The notes under the pieces were generated by a model that saw only the letters and a list, made by a program, of their open reading frames with translations, made no database searches and was not told where the DNA came from. Below, one piece after another: positions 28,041 through 41,935 of a DNA stretch of 64,000 bases. Every line of letters starts with the position of its first letter. The stretch's first letter is position 1. Source of the DNA: Octopus vulgaris (Eukaryota); assembly GCA_951406725.2 (NCBI GenBank), contig OX597820.1, forward strand, positions 42,036,001-42,100,000, read 5' to 3'. Both the position numbers and the translations under genes were made by a program.

Positions 28041-28333
28041 TTACACATGTACATGTTTGTATGTGTGTGTTTCTGAGTTTGTATATGTGCGTGTGTGTGA
28101 CTGTATCTTTGTGTGCGAGTGTGTTTGTGTGCGTACGATTATAGGTTTATTCATATATTCTGTATGTTACTTCAATGTCTATATTCATATTCTAGAAACA
28201 AAAAGTTATCTTTATCAGTGCACAGTAGGAATACTATATTTGCGCAGATTTGTCTATATATTCATCCTATCCTTGCATACGTAGGCACACACGCACGTAC
28301 ACGCACACATACAGACAACTACACACATGCACA

Positions 28334-28370
<37 letters not shown>

Positions 28371-28945
28371 ACAAACAATCAAACACATACACACAAGAAT
28401 CGTGGGAAGTTTATGAGTTCTTACTGGAATCCTACATAATAGCAATATTCTATGTTTGCACTCATAAAACACAAGCATTCACATACACACACACATATGC
28501 TTATTTATTTATAATATATATACGTATGGCATGTCACATGTGGCAGATACATCTGCGCCAGTAATACCAAAGCTCCAATATACAAATTTAATCACTCTCT
28601 TCCCTCGCCTGTGTTCGTTGCGCAAGTTCTTGGTGACGATTCGGCATGCCAGAGGCGAAAAAGACAAGCATACACGCAAAAGCAGACATGAACGCGTGCG
28701 CGAAATGGGATATTTATTTATTTATTTATTTCATTTTATTGATGTCACTACTCCATCACGCTTCCTTGCCTTCTGGTAAAGTCCACCGGACCCGGACACA
28801 CAGTGGCTTAATCGGCTTTGACAAACTTCTTATTCGTTGTACACAGGGAAAAACCTTTCACATCACAAAGAATGAATGACTTTTATTTCACTCAGGCTTG
28901 TTTTGATTTCTTCTTGCTTGCTGCAGTTGTTACGATTGCCAGCAT

Positions 28946-28995
<50 letters not shown>

Positions 28996-29099
28996 TCAAT
29001 TCCAGTACATCATAAATAACACGAGTAACTACAATCCTCAGTTCCATTGCATTTTACATATTTTCAATTGAATATGTATAAGGATTTTTAAACACAGAC

Positions 29100-29210
29100 A
29101 CCTGGCCTCCATGATATACTGGAGAAGGCGTATTGTCGATTTAATCCAGCTCAGTACGTAACTGGTACTTATTCATAATGGAAAGGTGAAAGGGAAAAAA
29201 AATCGATCCT
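29100..29210 (-). mobile_element. Decayed family-1 SINE fragment
   Basis: gtcgatttaatccagctcagtacgtaactggtacttatt...gaaaggtgaaaggg matches the core of the 41691-41935 copy. Confidence 0.6.
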
Positions 29211-29789
29211 AGTATGACATAAAATCTATATGAACAAATATAAATAATTATCTAAAAAATTATTTTTGAGTTATTCTACAAATCTTGCTGCGCCCGAAAA
29301 CACTACTGACCCAACGAACAAAGTAATCAATTCATTCATCAAGAGCTATAACACATGGTGAAATACCATCATTACGACTATCAACTTATCCACTACTGAC
29401 ACCTCTAGCTGTATCGCTGTCGAAATGATCTTCTCCAGCGCCACAAGCGTTTTATTTATCGCTAAAGTCATTCTATCACCGATGCCATGACATGAAACTC
29501 CACCAACAGTGCATTCTTTCCCACGAATATTATATGCATCTTCACCGCCATATCCGGCCCACTTGTGTTATCAAAACTTCCCCGAAAGCCATCACGTATC
29601 TGCAAAGAATATCACGAGTGAACTAGTGAGTCTTTACTTAAGCACTCACCGTTCGAGAAAGAGCAGTCAAATTTGCTTTAAATTATAACCTACCAGCTTG
29701 AAAAGAAAAAAAAACATATTGAATAGTGCGGTTCTTTATAAACATTGCCTTGAAAGAAAAAAAAAGGAAAACAAAAGAGGTGGTGGTAA

Positions 29790-29877
29790 AGAAAACAGAT
29801 GGGATATAAACAGCTGGAACGCCTTTGATCATTGATCTGCTCGGTCAGGATTAACTTGAGGCTAAACAGGAACAACA
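29790..29877 (+). mobile_element. Dispersed repeat family 2, 3' end with (AAC)-type tail
   Basis: gctggaacgcctttgatcattgatctgctcggtcaggattaacttgaggctaaacaggaacaac; the reverse complement of 47351-47390 reads gactggaatgcctttgatcgtaggtctgatagatcagagt. Confidence 0.75.
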
Positions 29878-32330
29878 CATCATTAACAAAAATAGTAAAA
29901 ATAACAATTACAAAAAAAATCGATTGCGAACTTGCAAACATTACAAATGCACACTGAACATGAACTTATTTAAAATGATAACACTACCAGCAAAAGAATA
30001 GGACAAAGTTTGTTATCAGTGTTTCTAACTGCTTAAATAAATAAAAAAGTTACTAATATTTCCTTTATTGAAGAACTTTAAAAACTAAACGAATATGAAT
30101 AAATAATATTATCACGTCAATCATCACATCAAGCTGTTGTATGATTAATTTGACCTATGTAATAACACATGGTCCTCTTCATTCAGTAATAATGTTAGAT
30201 TTTTATGGGCAGGTTCCATAGTGTCTCGCAACTTTTAGTTTGTATCATATCCTTTGATTCGTGTTCATACTGCCTTTATGTTACTTTAAAACCTCTCTCT
30301 CGACTAATATCCCGATGCATTTTTTTTACAGGGACACTCATGCCTATGCTTATACTCTTTTTGCGCTAGTATACTGCATTCAGTTAAATATTCTGTTTAC
30401 TTTCCTGCAATTTAGGCGTTTTCTCTCTGATTTTTATCAATCTTTGCCTTTATCAGATTCACTTAAATTGGTAGTTCCTGATAGGCTAAGGAAAAAATAA
30501 AATCCACCGAAGTAGACTTTGCCTTTCATTCTTACGGAATGATTAAAAGTAATTCACAGCTATCAACAACACTATTGCCATCAGAATAACATTTGAATCA
30601 ACATGAACCAAGCTGGAAGTCTCTATGATATCGCTTAACTTATTAGAAATATTAGAAATATTTTAGAATTTTCCTCTCAAATTACACGTGCCACAGTAAA
30701 ATAATTGATAGGTAAACATGTTAGATAACAAAGACATGGGACAATTAAAGTGACCGATGGCAACTACTAAGTTGACTCTTTATAGCTATAAGAAATCGCA
30801 TGTAGGCAGGTGGTAAATAGCAACAATAAGAACAAAAATAAACAATAATTCAGAATGCAATTACATTCAATACCATTCATTATGACTAATACAACTATCA
30901 TCATCATCATCATCAGTTATCAAAACCCAATTTCATTTCCAGTGTTGGAAAATCCCTCATCCCTTACCCTCTTGCATATTCATCAATCTCCCGGCAATCT
31001 TCAAGTCTGAATTAGTCCCCTTCATGAAACATATCATTCTTCCCTGGGAATAGTGAAGACGAATACGATGTCGTAGCATCACTTGAGGCTATAACACAGC
31101 TACGAATGCAAAATTTAGAGAAACGTGCATAATACTCCGAACGATTATATAAACGAGTTCAACGAATGGTCCGGCTACTCATTTGAATATCAAATTTATT
31201 TGGTGTTGCTTTAAGTCAGGATAATCTTATGTTTATTGGGAATCACTCTATTTATATTGTATTTACTAGCTCATCGCCTTATGTCAAACCAGCCACCCCT
31301 TCAACGTATCTGTGTGTAGATCCTCCTAGAAATTTTCAGTAACAATAGAAATTAGAGAAAAAAAAATGAAACGGTTTTATTATGTTAAACAAAATCTATC
31401 ATCGTTATATTTTTATACCGATATATAGCTGCAGATAAGCTTCTATGTATTTACCTAATGTAAATACAACGAGAAAGATGAATATACAGCTGCATGCATC
31501 CGGGGGTAATATCTATTAAAAACGTGCTGTGTTTGAAAATGTGATATCTATCAGAGCGTAGACGAAAATCTTCCCGGCAGCAGCTAGTGAAGACGCTAGA
31601 TGCATTCTGACTCGTTGAGATTTCATAATAGCGTGTACCCACAGATAGCCGCATATTTAGTTAGTTGCCGCCGATATATAGAAAATCAGTGAATAAAGAA
31701 TCAATAATAATTGGACAATGTTCGTCTCCATCCAATATGTATTGCATATAGCGAATATGCAATAAACCTACCATCACCAAAGGAGCTATCATGTTTGGAC
31801 GAATACGGCAGTATATTCACCTTTCACGGTGCATTTATATTAAACACGTTACGGTGGTGAGTATCTTAGTCTGACAATGTATTGCATGTAACAGACTTCT
31901 ATTGAGCCGAACGGTGATTCGCAACACCAGTTATTATTTATTCACTGCTTTCTTATACATCGCTGGCAACAAATTTCATCTCAGCATAACTTTGGAATAG
32001 ACACATGGGAAACAGGTGAATGAACTAATTTAAATGCAGCAGCTTTTTGATCTTTATTTATTTCTTTGAATTATTAATTATCACCATGGCTTTCACTTAT
32101 TTAGGGATTTTTCGAAAAGGTTGTATCTCATCAATACAGGAAGTATCGCTTTTAATGAAAGTTTGTCAGTGCTTGCTTCCCAGTGTAAGAGTTGAGACCT
32201 TCGCTCAAACACACACATCCACACATATACATAAGCATACATGAACCGTTAGACCATCGAAGAAAATCATATACAATTACGTTTTTCAAATAATGCACAT
32301 TTCTTTATAGTTGTGTGACACATTAGATGA

Positions 32331-32540
32331 ATTGACAAGGACGAAACAATAGAATATCGTAGTCATGAATTTCTGACGAGCTATGATCAGGAAAGGCGAG
32401 AAGCCTTCCCAATCGAGAAACATTATGAAGCCCAGAAGTTAAAAGTAATCCAAAACTTAGTAATGCAAGAACATATCTGCCACGTAAATAGACCCAGTGA
32501 TGTACTGCATATGTAGCAACTAACTTAGGCCTGAGTTGAA
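32331..32540 (+). mobile_element. Possible decayed pre-RT segment of an R4/Dong-like ORF
   Basis: Open 61-codon stretch IDKDETIEYRSHEFLTSYDQERREAFPIEKHYEAQKLKVIQNLVMQEHICHVNRPSDVLHM, then frameshifted YVATNLGL (cf. YAAAYVVTExLG). Recall-based and weak. Confidence 0.3.
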
Positions 32541-32662
32541 GATATACGCGCACAAACCAGGATGCGTTTACTAAAATACGTTCATATGCATAGATGCATA
32601 CACACAAATGCAACGCATTAACTGCCAAACAAATTCATAGATACAAATACACACAGACACAC

Positions 32663-32722
<60 letters not shown>

Positions 32723-32921
32723 GTACTTAAAAGCACACGAGCATACATGCACACTTTTATATATTAGAGTGAATCCAGTCTGAACATCGGTGGGATATAA
32801 GTAGCTAAGGATTACTATTAATCTTCAAGATTCTGCAACATTGTATTCCATACAACCAGAATTTTGGAATGTTGTTATTAGGATTTGCGTTGACAACTTT
32901 ATATCTAAATGCGATTCAAAA

Positions 32922-32922
<1 letters not shown>

Positions 32923-32988
<66 letters not shown>

Positions 32989-33118
32989 TAATAACAATAA
33001 CAACAACAGCAATCATATATAGCAAAATATATGCGCTTGTGTAGAGAATATAATCAGGAACACACATTCACATACGCACAGATATATACTTACATATGCA
33101 ATATATATGTATGTATGC

Positions 33119-33204
<86 letters not shown>

Positions 33205-33225
33205 CACACACACATATATATATAT
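32923..33225. repeat. (TAA)n array (32923-32996) and long (TA)n array (33122-33201)
   Basis: Directly visible. Confidence 0.97.
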
Positions 33226-34733
33226 GAGTGTTTGTGTGGTATGTTTATGTATATGTGTGAGTGTATACAAATCTACACATTCACATGCATATATGTATAT
33301 ATATATATGTATATATATTGTGCATGTGTGTGTATAGACAATGATGATAAGTTAAAGTGCAAAGGCGATCAAAGACATTCACCTACATATATACCTATAC
33401 CAATGAGAGCGTACAAAATATGCATGTATGTATATATATGCATCTATGCATGTATGTATTATGTACTTTGTATCATGTTTATATGTGTGTGTGTGAGTGA
33501 ATATAATAATTCAGTTATGTGTGGCAATATTCTGTTTGTCTGAGGCAGTAGTAGCGCTATTAAAACATCTGAAGTCACGGAGCCATCCTCCGTGGATTCA
33601 AAAGGCGAGGCAGTAATACTGTTCCGTGTTTATCAGTCCGGGAATATTCATTCATTCACCTCTCTAATACTTTCATCCGAAATGAAATTGTTATGAGCAA
33701 TGGAAATGAGGTGGATCTATAAATATATTGCACTTTGAAGGTATTAACATATTTATGTACGCTTGTGCGTGTATGTGTATGATTGTCGTTCGCTTGTGTG
33801 TTCAAGTGTATTTCTGTATATGCATGAGTGTGAGAGAGTCTATGCATGTTTATGTGTGCTGTTGATGTTGTTGTGTGTGTGTTTGTGTGTCATTGTATGT
33901 ATGTAATAATGACTATTTTCAGCTGAGAGCTTGAACCTTTTATACGCTTCCTATTCATATATGCCTTAAACAGATAGGACAATAAATAAAAAGAGCTCTC
34001 TTTGAGTTTTATGTCCATTATATCATTCGTCGGTGTATAGCGTTGCCGTTTATAGAAAACCTAGGATTATGTACAGCCGTTGACCAGGTTAACAAGCTCG
34101 TGCTGTGGACAAACTTCATTTTGTTTAAAGACCCCCTCAGCGAAAACAAGGTGTCATTCAAAAGTTTTCAACCGTTGCCTATTCTAGCAACGCAATCAGT
34201 ACGGGTTGGTCAATTGGGAAGTCAAGCATGAAACTGTAAAACATAGCCAGTTCTAAACTATCCGTATGTAGTCAACATGTTCAGCAATTGAGTAGCAATG
34301 GAAGAATTCTAACCTTAACAAGGCTATTCCCGCCAGGCAATGGACAAATTTATAAATCTATAATCATTGAAAATGAACAAGCAGATACTTGAAGAAGAAT
34401 ATCAGGTCACCTTTATGTTCTCCGTTCTGACTTACAATTTACGTAATATTATCTTTACGAGGCTGCTCTATTTTGCATAATGTCCATGCTTTTCCCATGT
34501 GTTTCCATTCTACATATTATTCAGATTATATGCTATCGGCAGTCAACATGTTATTCTCTTCAAATAACGTGCGCAATCTACATAATAAGGTGTCTTTTGA
34601 AGTGTACCTAATCTATCCTCTTCATAAACAGTCTCCAATTTATATATTGCCTTTTATCAAAGGCATTACAAAAGCTATTCCCAACAAGGATTAACTTTCA
34701 GACACTGATTTCCCAGCGAAAACAGCCTATGTA

Positions 34734-35231
34734 TATGTGGATAATATTGAAAACCGATCGGAATAAGTCCTGTACTAACACCGCCTCTACGAACAGCATT
34801 GGCAGCACAAGCCAACATGAGCACCTCTACGTGGCCACGCGACTTACGAGAAGTAGCAGCCAAATTTTTCCCAAGTAATATCTTGAGTAAAGAATACATG
34901 CAACGTTGTGAACCAAGATATATAAAAATGTTAGGTAGTCATAGATGGAAAGAAGACAATGAGAATAGGACTTCCATTGCCCAGAACTGTTATGGAATTA
35001 AGTAGTGAGAAGAATCTTTCCGGATACGAAGTGCTAGACGGAAGTACTACGATTGGTTTTCAAAGAAAGATTTCACGGAGACGAGAGATGATGCCTACAT
35101 ACGAAAATGTTTACAAGCATGAAAATACAGTACTGTTTTACATATCTGCAGCACTATATTGTTAACGCCATGCCACACCATATTGTACGCCTTCTACGAT
35201 TTCACTGCATTGAAGTCTCTGATACCACATA
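34734..35231 (+). mobile_element. Possible old, internally deleted mariner-like element
   Basis: Ends read ta-tgtgg...ccaca-ta (cf. ta-cgtgg of the 59049 mariner, CpG-decayed). Internal translation GYEVLDGST/YDWFSK...RE...ENVYKHENTVL resembles the mariner N-terminal HTH region (YGDEALSRSTVYRWF...GRE...ENVEKV). Confidence 0.4.
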
Positions 35232-35283
35232 CTTACCTACTAAGTACTACCTTCCACTATACTTCTGTTGTGTGTGTGTATGT

Positions 35284-35354
<71 letters not shown>

Positions 35355-35553
35355 TAATTGTAGCATGGTCTGCTATTCATATATCTAGGATTTATGATTT
35401 TGCTCCACGAAACTGGTTACAACTGGAAAATGTTCTTAAGCTCAACGACAACACTGATTTACAATTAGTGACATAAAGACATTTGCTATTGATAAACAAG
35501 AACCACAACAACTACAACAACAGCAACAACAACTACCAATACTCGACAGCTAC

Positions 35554-35631
35554 TTCTACTGGAAGTGCCTATGCCCTTTTACAATAAGTATTCTACTAGA
35601 AGTGCCTGTGCCCTTTTACAATAAGTATTCT
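35554..35631. repeat. 37-bp tandem duplication (2 copies, 2 mismatches)
   Basis: ttctactggaagtgcctatgcccttttacaataagta / ttctactagaagtgcctgtgcccttttacaataagta, plus ttct. Confidence 0.93.
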
Positions 35632-36933
35632 TTAAAACGTAACGCAATTACTACCGCCATAACGACTATCCTTCTCCCTTCTGTCCTCAGCATTTACAAA
35701 TTGTCTAATTCCTGTAACAGAATCATGATTGTAACTGTTGCAAAAATCGACAAAATAAGCACGAACATTAGCGAATCCACAAATATTGCCATAACTAAGG
35801 TTACTAATACAGTGGCTCACAGCCGAGATATGGGGTATATAAAGCATATATCGATATATATATATATTACTTATTTTATATGACTACACCTGTGTGTACC
35901 ACTCTGAAAATATTACAAAGACGCATACACAACTATTAACAGTACTGTGAATATAAACTACAAACACTACATTTCAATCAGCTACTTATATTTAGCACAA
36001 TCATTATTAGCAACGCAACTAATGTTACTACCATCAATTCTCACACCACTAACAACAACACGTAAACCAACTATTGCCGTCAAACAGGACCCCAGCTACC
36101 GCTTCAGCTGATATTTATAATCACTGAAAATATCATACTCCCGATGGTTTTCTAAAGACATATTAGATGCAAAAACCGCAGCAGCTATTCGTCATTCAGA
36201 AACTTTTACGCATAATGCTGTAATGTGAAAATAATATACTCTTTCCAACACACTAGGTGTGATATAAGTACTTGCTTAATGCATAGACGATTTCAGAAAC
36301 TCTCGAACAATAGAATACAATTGGCTACGATTTCTACCAATGTTGATTACAACATCCTATTAAAATCTAAGTATTTTTCAGAAAATATTTTTTATTTCAG
36401 ACATCTTCATCGGTCGATAAATATATATTTAAGATTCCATTACCAACGTTTTGTTCAAGAGTATATACGTATACGTCTAGTGGCATAGATATACACATAC
36501 TTGCACACATTTCATATAGAAAATGTTGTTAAAGAAATAAGAGTGTTTTAAAAGGATGCATCATATAAAATATAATAAACCTAATAACTCAAGTCTTGAA
36601 TTAGGTCCAATGGAAAACATTTCGAAGCGAAACCATCCACGAAGTATATTTTATATATACAAATACATATATTTTATATATACAAATTCAAAAAAATAAA
36701 GCTTTTGTATCTGTACTTGTATGACTTCACGCCATACACAAGTCATAGATACACAAAAATACACACATGCACGCTCATGTTGTCATATATACACTGTCAT
36801 ATACACCCATACAGATGATTATATTTATGTAAAAATTTTACGTATGATTTTATTTCCGATATGTTAGCAAGTGTAGTATTTTAATGAATCCACAAACCTT
36901 AACAAATATTCACATAGACATATACACACAAAT

Positions 36934-37138
36934 GGTTCAAATATTTGGCACAGGGTCAGCAGATTTTGAGTGGTGAGAAGTCAATTAGGTCGATTCCAGA
37001 ACTTGATTGATACTTGCTATTTAGACCCCGAAAGAATGAAAGACAAATCGACCTCAGCGGAATTTGAGCTTAGAACGTAATGACGGACGAAATGCCACTA
37101 AGTCCTGGGTGAAAGTGGTCGTACCAGCTCGCCGCCTT
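36934..37138 (-). mobile_element. tRNA-derived SINE (family 1), full length, tail type B, decayed 14-bp TSD
   Basis: ccagctcgccgcctt 5' end; gaccccgaaagaatgaaagacaaatcgacctcagcggaatttgag core and B box; flanks atatacacacaaat (36920-36933) and atatatgcgcaaat (37141-37154). Confidence 0.88.
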
Positions 37139-37452
37139 AAATATATGCGCAAATAAGGTATTCGAGATAACGGGAGAAATCATCCTTACTGCTAGAAATA
37201 CCAGTCAAATTTATGTGAGTGACTGTTCTCAAGAAAGACAAATTCATTTACCAACGTGGTTTTTTGTTGTATTGTCAACAAAAAGGCGCCACAATCGATC
37301 CAGTCATGGGGATGCTAAAAACCTGTTTCACCAACACACCAAAAATTTGCTTGCATGAAGTTTTAAAGAAAATTTATCCAAATATTTGGCTCTAATAAAA
37401 TGATTTATAACACATCAATGAGAAAGTGATAGAGGATAAGCTAGACAGATAG

Positions 37453-37496
<44 letters not shown>

Positions 37497-39249
37497 GGGG
37501 AGTGTGTGTGTGTGTGTGTATGTGTGTGTGTGTATGAGAGAGAGAGACTAACAGACTGAGGCAAATAGACAGAGATCTGTGGAATGACGAGCAATCAAAA
37601 ATGAAAAATTATTTATTGTTTTGTGACTTTAAAACCAAAATATTAGAATGAAAGATAATATACATATATGATAATATACACTAGTATTGTTTTCTTTTAT
37701 TTTAAACAACAAACTGCTATGGGTAAGAGAAAGTAGATATAAAATATATTGTTTCAACAATACGATAAGAATGAAAATCCAACTGAGAGTAAAGACATTT
37801 GTATTTAAAATTTTAACGCAGTGAAATAGTTACAATGAAATATCTTTTATTGTTTTGCTTTGTTTGTTTTCTTTCTTTTCATTTTTATTCTGAAAGATTT
37901 GTACTTATTTATGCCCAAAAGTAGACCTATGACCAAAGTTTTGGGGCTGCGATCATTGTTTCAGGGTTTCTATAACTAATGCTAAAAATTCTACAAAACT
38001 CCTTAAAGTAATAGCCAAATTTTCCTTCTTCAAAATCACTTATTATTGTCTGTAAACAAACAAACAAAAACAAAAATTACTGTTTGGACAGCGTACTCAG
38101 GGATGATGAAATGCGCCGTTTATAAAGTGATTCTACAATTCATAACATGTAAATATATAAGACACGCTTGTAAATCTATAAAGAGGAACAGAAGAAATAT
38201 GATCGGTGACGAGCTGCGTACGGACTAGCGAGGAGTCTTACACGCCAACTATTTGATATAGTAGGCAAAAAATACCATTGAACATATTCCTTATCAAAAT
38301 TTTACCTAGAATTATTAATAAGTAAAACAAAAATCTTAAGCCGAGTTTCAGAATAACCTTACTACAAGCCTCATATTTCTCCACTTGTTAATGATCAGAT
38401 CATAAATTTCTGTATATTTCAAAATCACACGAAATCACAACAGTGCCAAAAATATTTTCATCCTTTGTTTTTCATAGGAGCTGATAGCTTTTTAAATGGG
38501 ACACCATGAATATTTGTTTAGGATTAAGTGATTATTTTCTTGTCGTTTATTTATTTATTTTTCATCTTAATATTATTGCTTGAAAGAAATCTCATAAACG
38601 GCTATAATAGATTGAATCGGTGAAAATATATGAGAATTTGAAAGCCGAAGAGAAGACAACTGTGAGGCACACACACACACACACAAAAAAAAAAGGATTT
38701 TAAAGTGAAACATAAAATAAAATGTGTGCATATGTTCATCAATGTATTTCGTAAAAATTTGAGGATTTTATGCTTGTGCGCGAGTGTATGTGTAAGTGCG
38801 CATGTGTAACATAACGCATGGCTGTAGAAAGTAAGAAAACAAGCAAAGACAAAGAGAAAGAGAGGGAGTGGAGGCGGGGGGGGAGAGATGGCGAGAAAAG
38901 TCAGAGCAAAGGAAGAGGAGAGAAAAAGTTAAAAGAAGCGAGGTTGTAAGAGAATGTGCAGTGATATGTGTGCGCGTGCCGCATGGCAAAGCATGGCTGA
39001 TAAGGGTTAGGATGTTAGGGTGTTGCAGACAGATATAGTAAATGATGGGCCACAGAGGGTAACGGTATATACAGAGGAAAGGAGATGGTGAGCATACAGA
39101 GAAAGAGAGAGAGAGAGAGTCAATGGGGTAGAGGGATAATATATGTGTGTGTATGTGTATGTGCATGCGTGAAAGATAATTAATATGTTGCAGAATGTGA
39201 TAGAACTACAAAGAAATCGTGAAAGCAAGAAGGATTCTATCTGAAGCGA

Positions 39250-39508
39250 TGTGTGTGTGTGTGTTTTTGTGTCTCCCACTCTCTCTCATTATCTCTGTCT
39301 CTCTGTCTCTGTCTGTCTCTCCCTTTCTCTCTCTCTCTCTTTTTTTCTCTCTCTCTCTCTCTGTACCTCCGTGCATGTATGTATGAATGTGTGGTCTTAT
39401 ATGTATGTGAGTGTGCGTGTGTGTGCGTGTTTGTGTACATATACATATATGTGTGTGTGTTTGTGTGTGTGTGTGTAAATATGTGTATGCGTGTTTGTAA
39501 GTGCGTGT

Positions 39509-39585
<77 letters not shown>
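39250..39585. repeat. Compound (TG)n/(CT)n/(GA)n low-complexity block
   Basis: Directly visible; explains the cluster of HT/CV/SL-repeat ORFs. Confidence 0.95.
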
Positions 39586-39586
<1 letters not shown>

Positions 39587-40046
39587 ACGCACACTAATGT
39601 ATTCATGTGTTGGCTAGACATAAATCGAGAGGGAAAATATCATTTTGGTAGAGAAGTATGAGTGCAAACATATTTTAATGAGACGGAGGGACGGAGAGGA
39701 GGGGAGAGAAACAAGGAGACAGAGGAACAAGGAAAGTCGGTTGAAAACGAAAACTGAGATATGGAGAGAATTGATAAAAAGAAAGAAGTAGAAATCATGA
39801 CGCGAGGGAAAATATGAAGCGGTAACACATATAAAGAGAGAGAAGGATAGATAGAGAGAGAGATCAACGAGTGAGTGAAAGGGAGAGAAAGACAGAGACA
39901 GTGAGACCGGGAGAAAGGAAGACTAATATACAGACACAGGGGAGAAAATGAAAGATAAAGAGAAAAAGAGAGTTTGAGAGAAAGCCCGAAAAAGACAGAG
40001 GAACATATTGAAGCTGATCGAAGCGTGTGGTATGCGCGTGCGTGTG

Positions 40047-40077
<31 letters not shown>

Positions 40078-40831
40078 CTGAGTGAGAGTGTATGAGTGTG
40101 TGTCCGTGTGTATGTGGGAGAGAGAGGGAGAGAGAAGGAGTAGGGAATGAGAATGGAGGAGAAAGTTGGGATATTTTAAAACGAAAGGTTTAGGGGAAAG
40201 GAATTTATGCGTGTTTGAAGACTATAAAAGTAGAGAGTGAATGCCAAAGGTCACAATGGGGCAGGAGAGGAACAAAGAAGCGGGGGATATAATGCACTTG
40301 TGTATGTGTATGCATGTTCGAGTACATGCGTATGATGCGTTTGTTATACGTAAGCGCGCCTTTATTGCATCTGTGTTTGTTGATGAAGGAAACGTGGATT
40401 TGTGCGTGCTTGAAAGAAATAGATATTTAAATGAGCAGAGAAAAAGGTGGTGGTGGTGTTGGAGAGAGAGAAAGAGAAAGAGAGAGACAGAGGGTAAGAG
40501 AGAGAGGAGGGGAATGAGGAAGAGGAAGCTGTGTGTGTGTGTGTATGTGTCAATACAGCAACCTATATGTGCGTGCCTGTGTAAATGTTTTTGATTCCTT
40601 GCATATGTATGTGAATGCGATTGGAACGCAATAAAGAATATCCGTAAAAAGTCAGTAAAAAGAGAAAGCAATGTGTTTGTAAATATAATTGTAAAAATTT
40701 TGACATGTGTAAATGTAAATATCAGAGCTTTAAATGGCAGACACATGATGATATCCTCTGAAAAGCTGGTTTCCTATCCACTCCGGGTTAAAAACTTTCC
40801 ATGATATACGGTAACGAATACCCCCAGTAAC

Positions 40832-40978
40832 ATTGATTAGTAATTTAGGTACAAGGGTTCTTATTTTCGAGGGGTTGTATATTCAATTTTATGAACCTCA
40901 CTCCCCAATACTTGAGTGGAGTTTATCGATCCCGATGAATGAAATTCAAAGTAGATTTTGATGGGATTTCAACACAAA
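40832..40978 (-). mobile_element. Heavily decayed family-1 SINE
   Basis: attgattagtaatttaggtacaagg tail; tttatcgatcccgatgaatgaaattcaaagtagattttgatgggattt core. Confidence 0.6.
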
Positions 40979-41690
40979 TTAAAGAGCCTTAATTTTGTAT
41001 TGTTCGTTACTGTCCGACAAATTCTTCTATTCTGTCGTTCTGTACAACTAGTAATATTGATTTCCAACTTTGATGCAGACCATGTAGGAAGTATCAGGTC
41101 GTTTGAATTAACTTCGGTAAAATGGTAATATACGATTTCAAGTTCTTTTGGCTGTCATCTGTACGAGTCGAACGTCCATATATTTCGAGGTTTCTTTGCA
41201 TATTTGGTGCGAATATGGAATGAAAGCACGTGCAAAATTTATCTAATCAAGAAGCATAAAGATAGAACCTGCATAATGAGAGTGTTTCTGAATATTGTAC
41301 TATTTTTACCATTCTCTGTTCTACCACACATTTGATGTACCCCTAATCTCTACAAGGGTACGGTTAGAACATATTTAGTTTATTGTGGTCTAGCTTTTTT
41401 TTAATTCCTTCCACGATATTCAAGCTTTTAGTTTGTTGTTTTTCATTTCATAATATCAATATCATCAAAGTATCTTAATATTTTGAAAGATGCTTCCTTT
41501 CTGATTGAGAAAATATATTTCATTCTACTCTGTCACATCCATTTTCTCTCATTAACTCTTCTTTCTGTCTTCCGTTGTCTTCCGTTGTCTAATTAGCTTC
41601 TGTTTTAAATTACTAATAACACAACTTTATCAATTATTTTATTCTTGAAGCTACTTCGTTACCTTTTCCTCTATTTAGTAACTTTTCTTA

Positions 41691-41935
41691 TTTCTTTACT
41701 GCCCACAAGGGGTTACACAGAGAGGAGACAAACAAGGACAGAAAAACGGATTAGGTCGATTATATCGATCCCAGTGCGTAACTGGTACGTATTTAATCGA
41801 CCCCGAAAGGATGAAAGGCAGAGTCGACCTCGGCAGAGTCGACCTCGGCAGAGTCGAACTCGGAAAGTGAAGACAGAAGAAATACCACTAGGTATTTCGC
41901 CCGGCCTGTTAACGTTTCTGTCAGCTCGCCGCCTT
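41691..41935 (-). mobile_element. tRNA-derived SINE (family 1), full length, tail type A, 12-bp TSD, internal 15-bp triplication
   Basis: Close reverse-complement match to 23139-23369; TSD taacttttctta at 41679-41690 and 41947-41958; ggcagagtcgacctc x3 at 41817-41861. Confidence 0.93.

Noticed and set aside
33541-33562. let-7-like start tgaggcagtag
   Set aside because: Seed mismatch, 3' half differs and no precursor hairpin is evident.
39001-39020. Telomere-like taagggttaggatgttaggg
   Set aside because: Only one exact TTAGGG within purine-rich low-complexity DNA.
41817-41861. CRISPR-like short direct repeats (also 35554-35631, 62897-62932)
   Set aside because: Units are contiguous with no spacers, and the context is eukaryotic with no cas genes.
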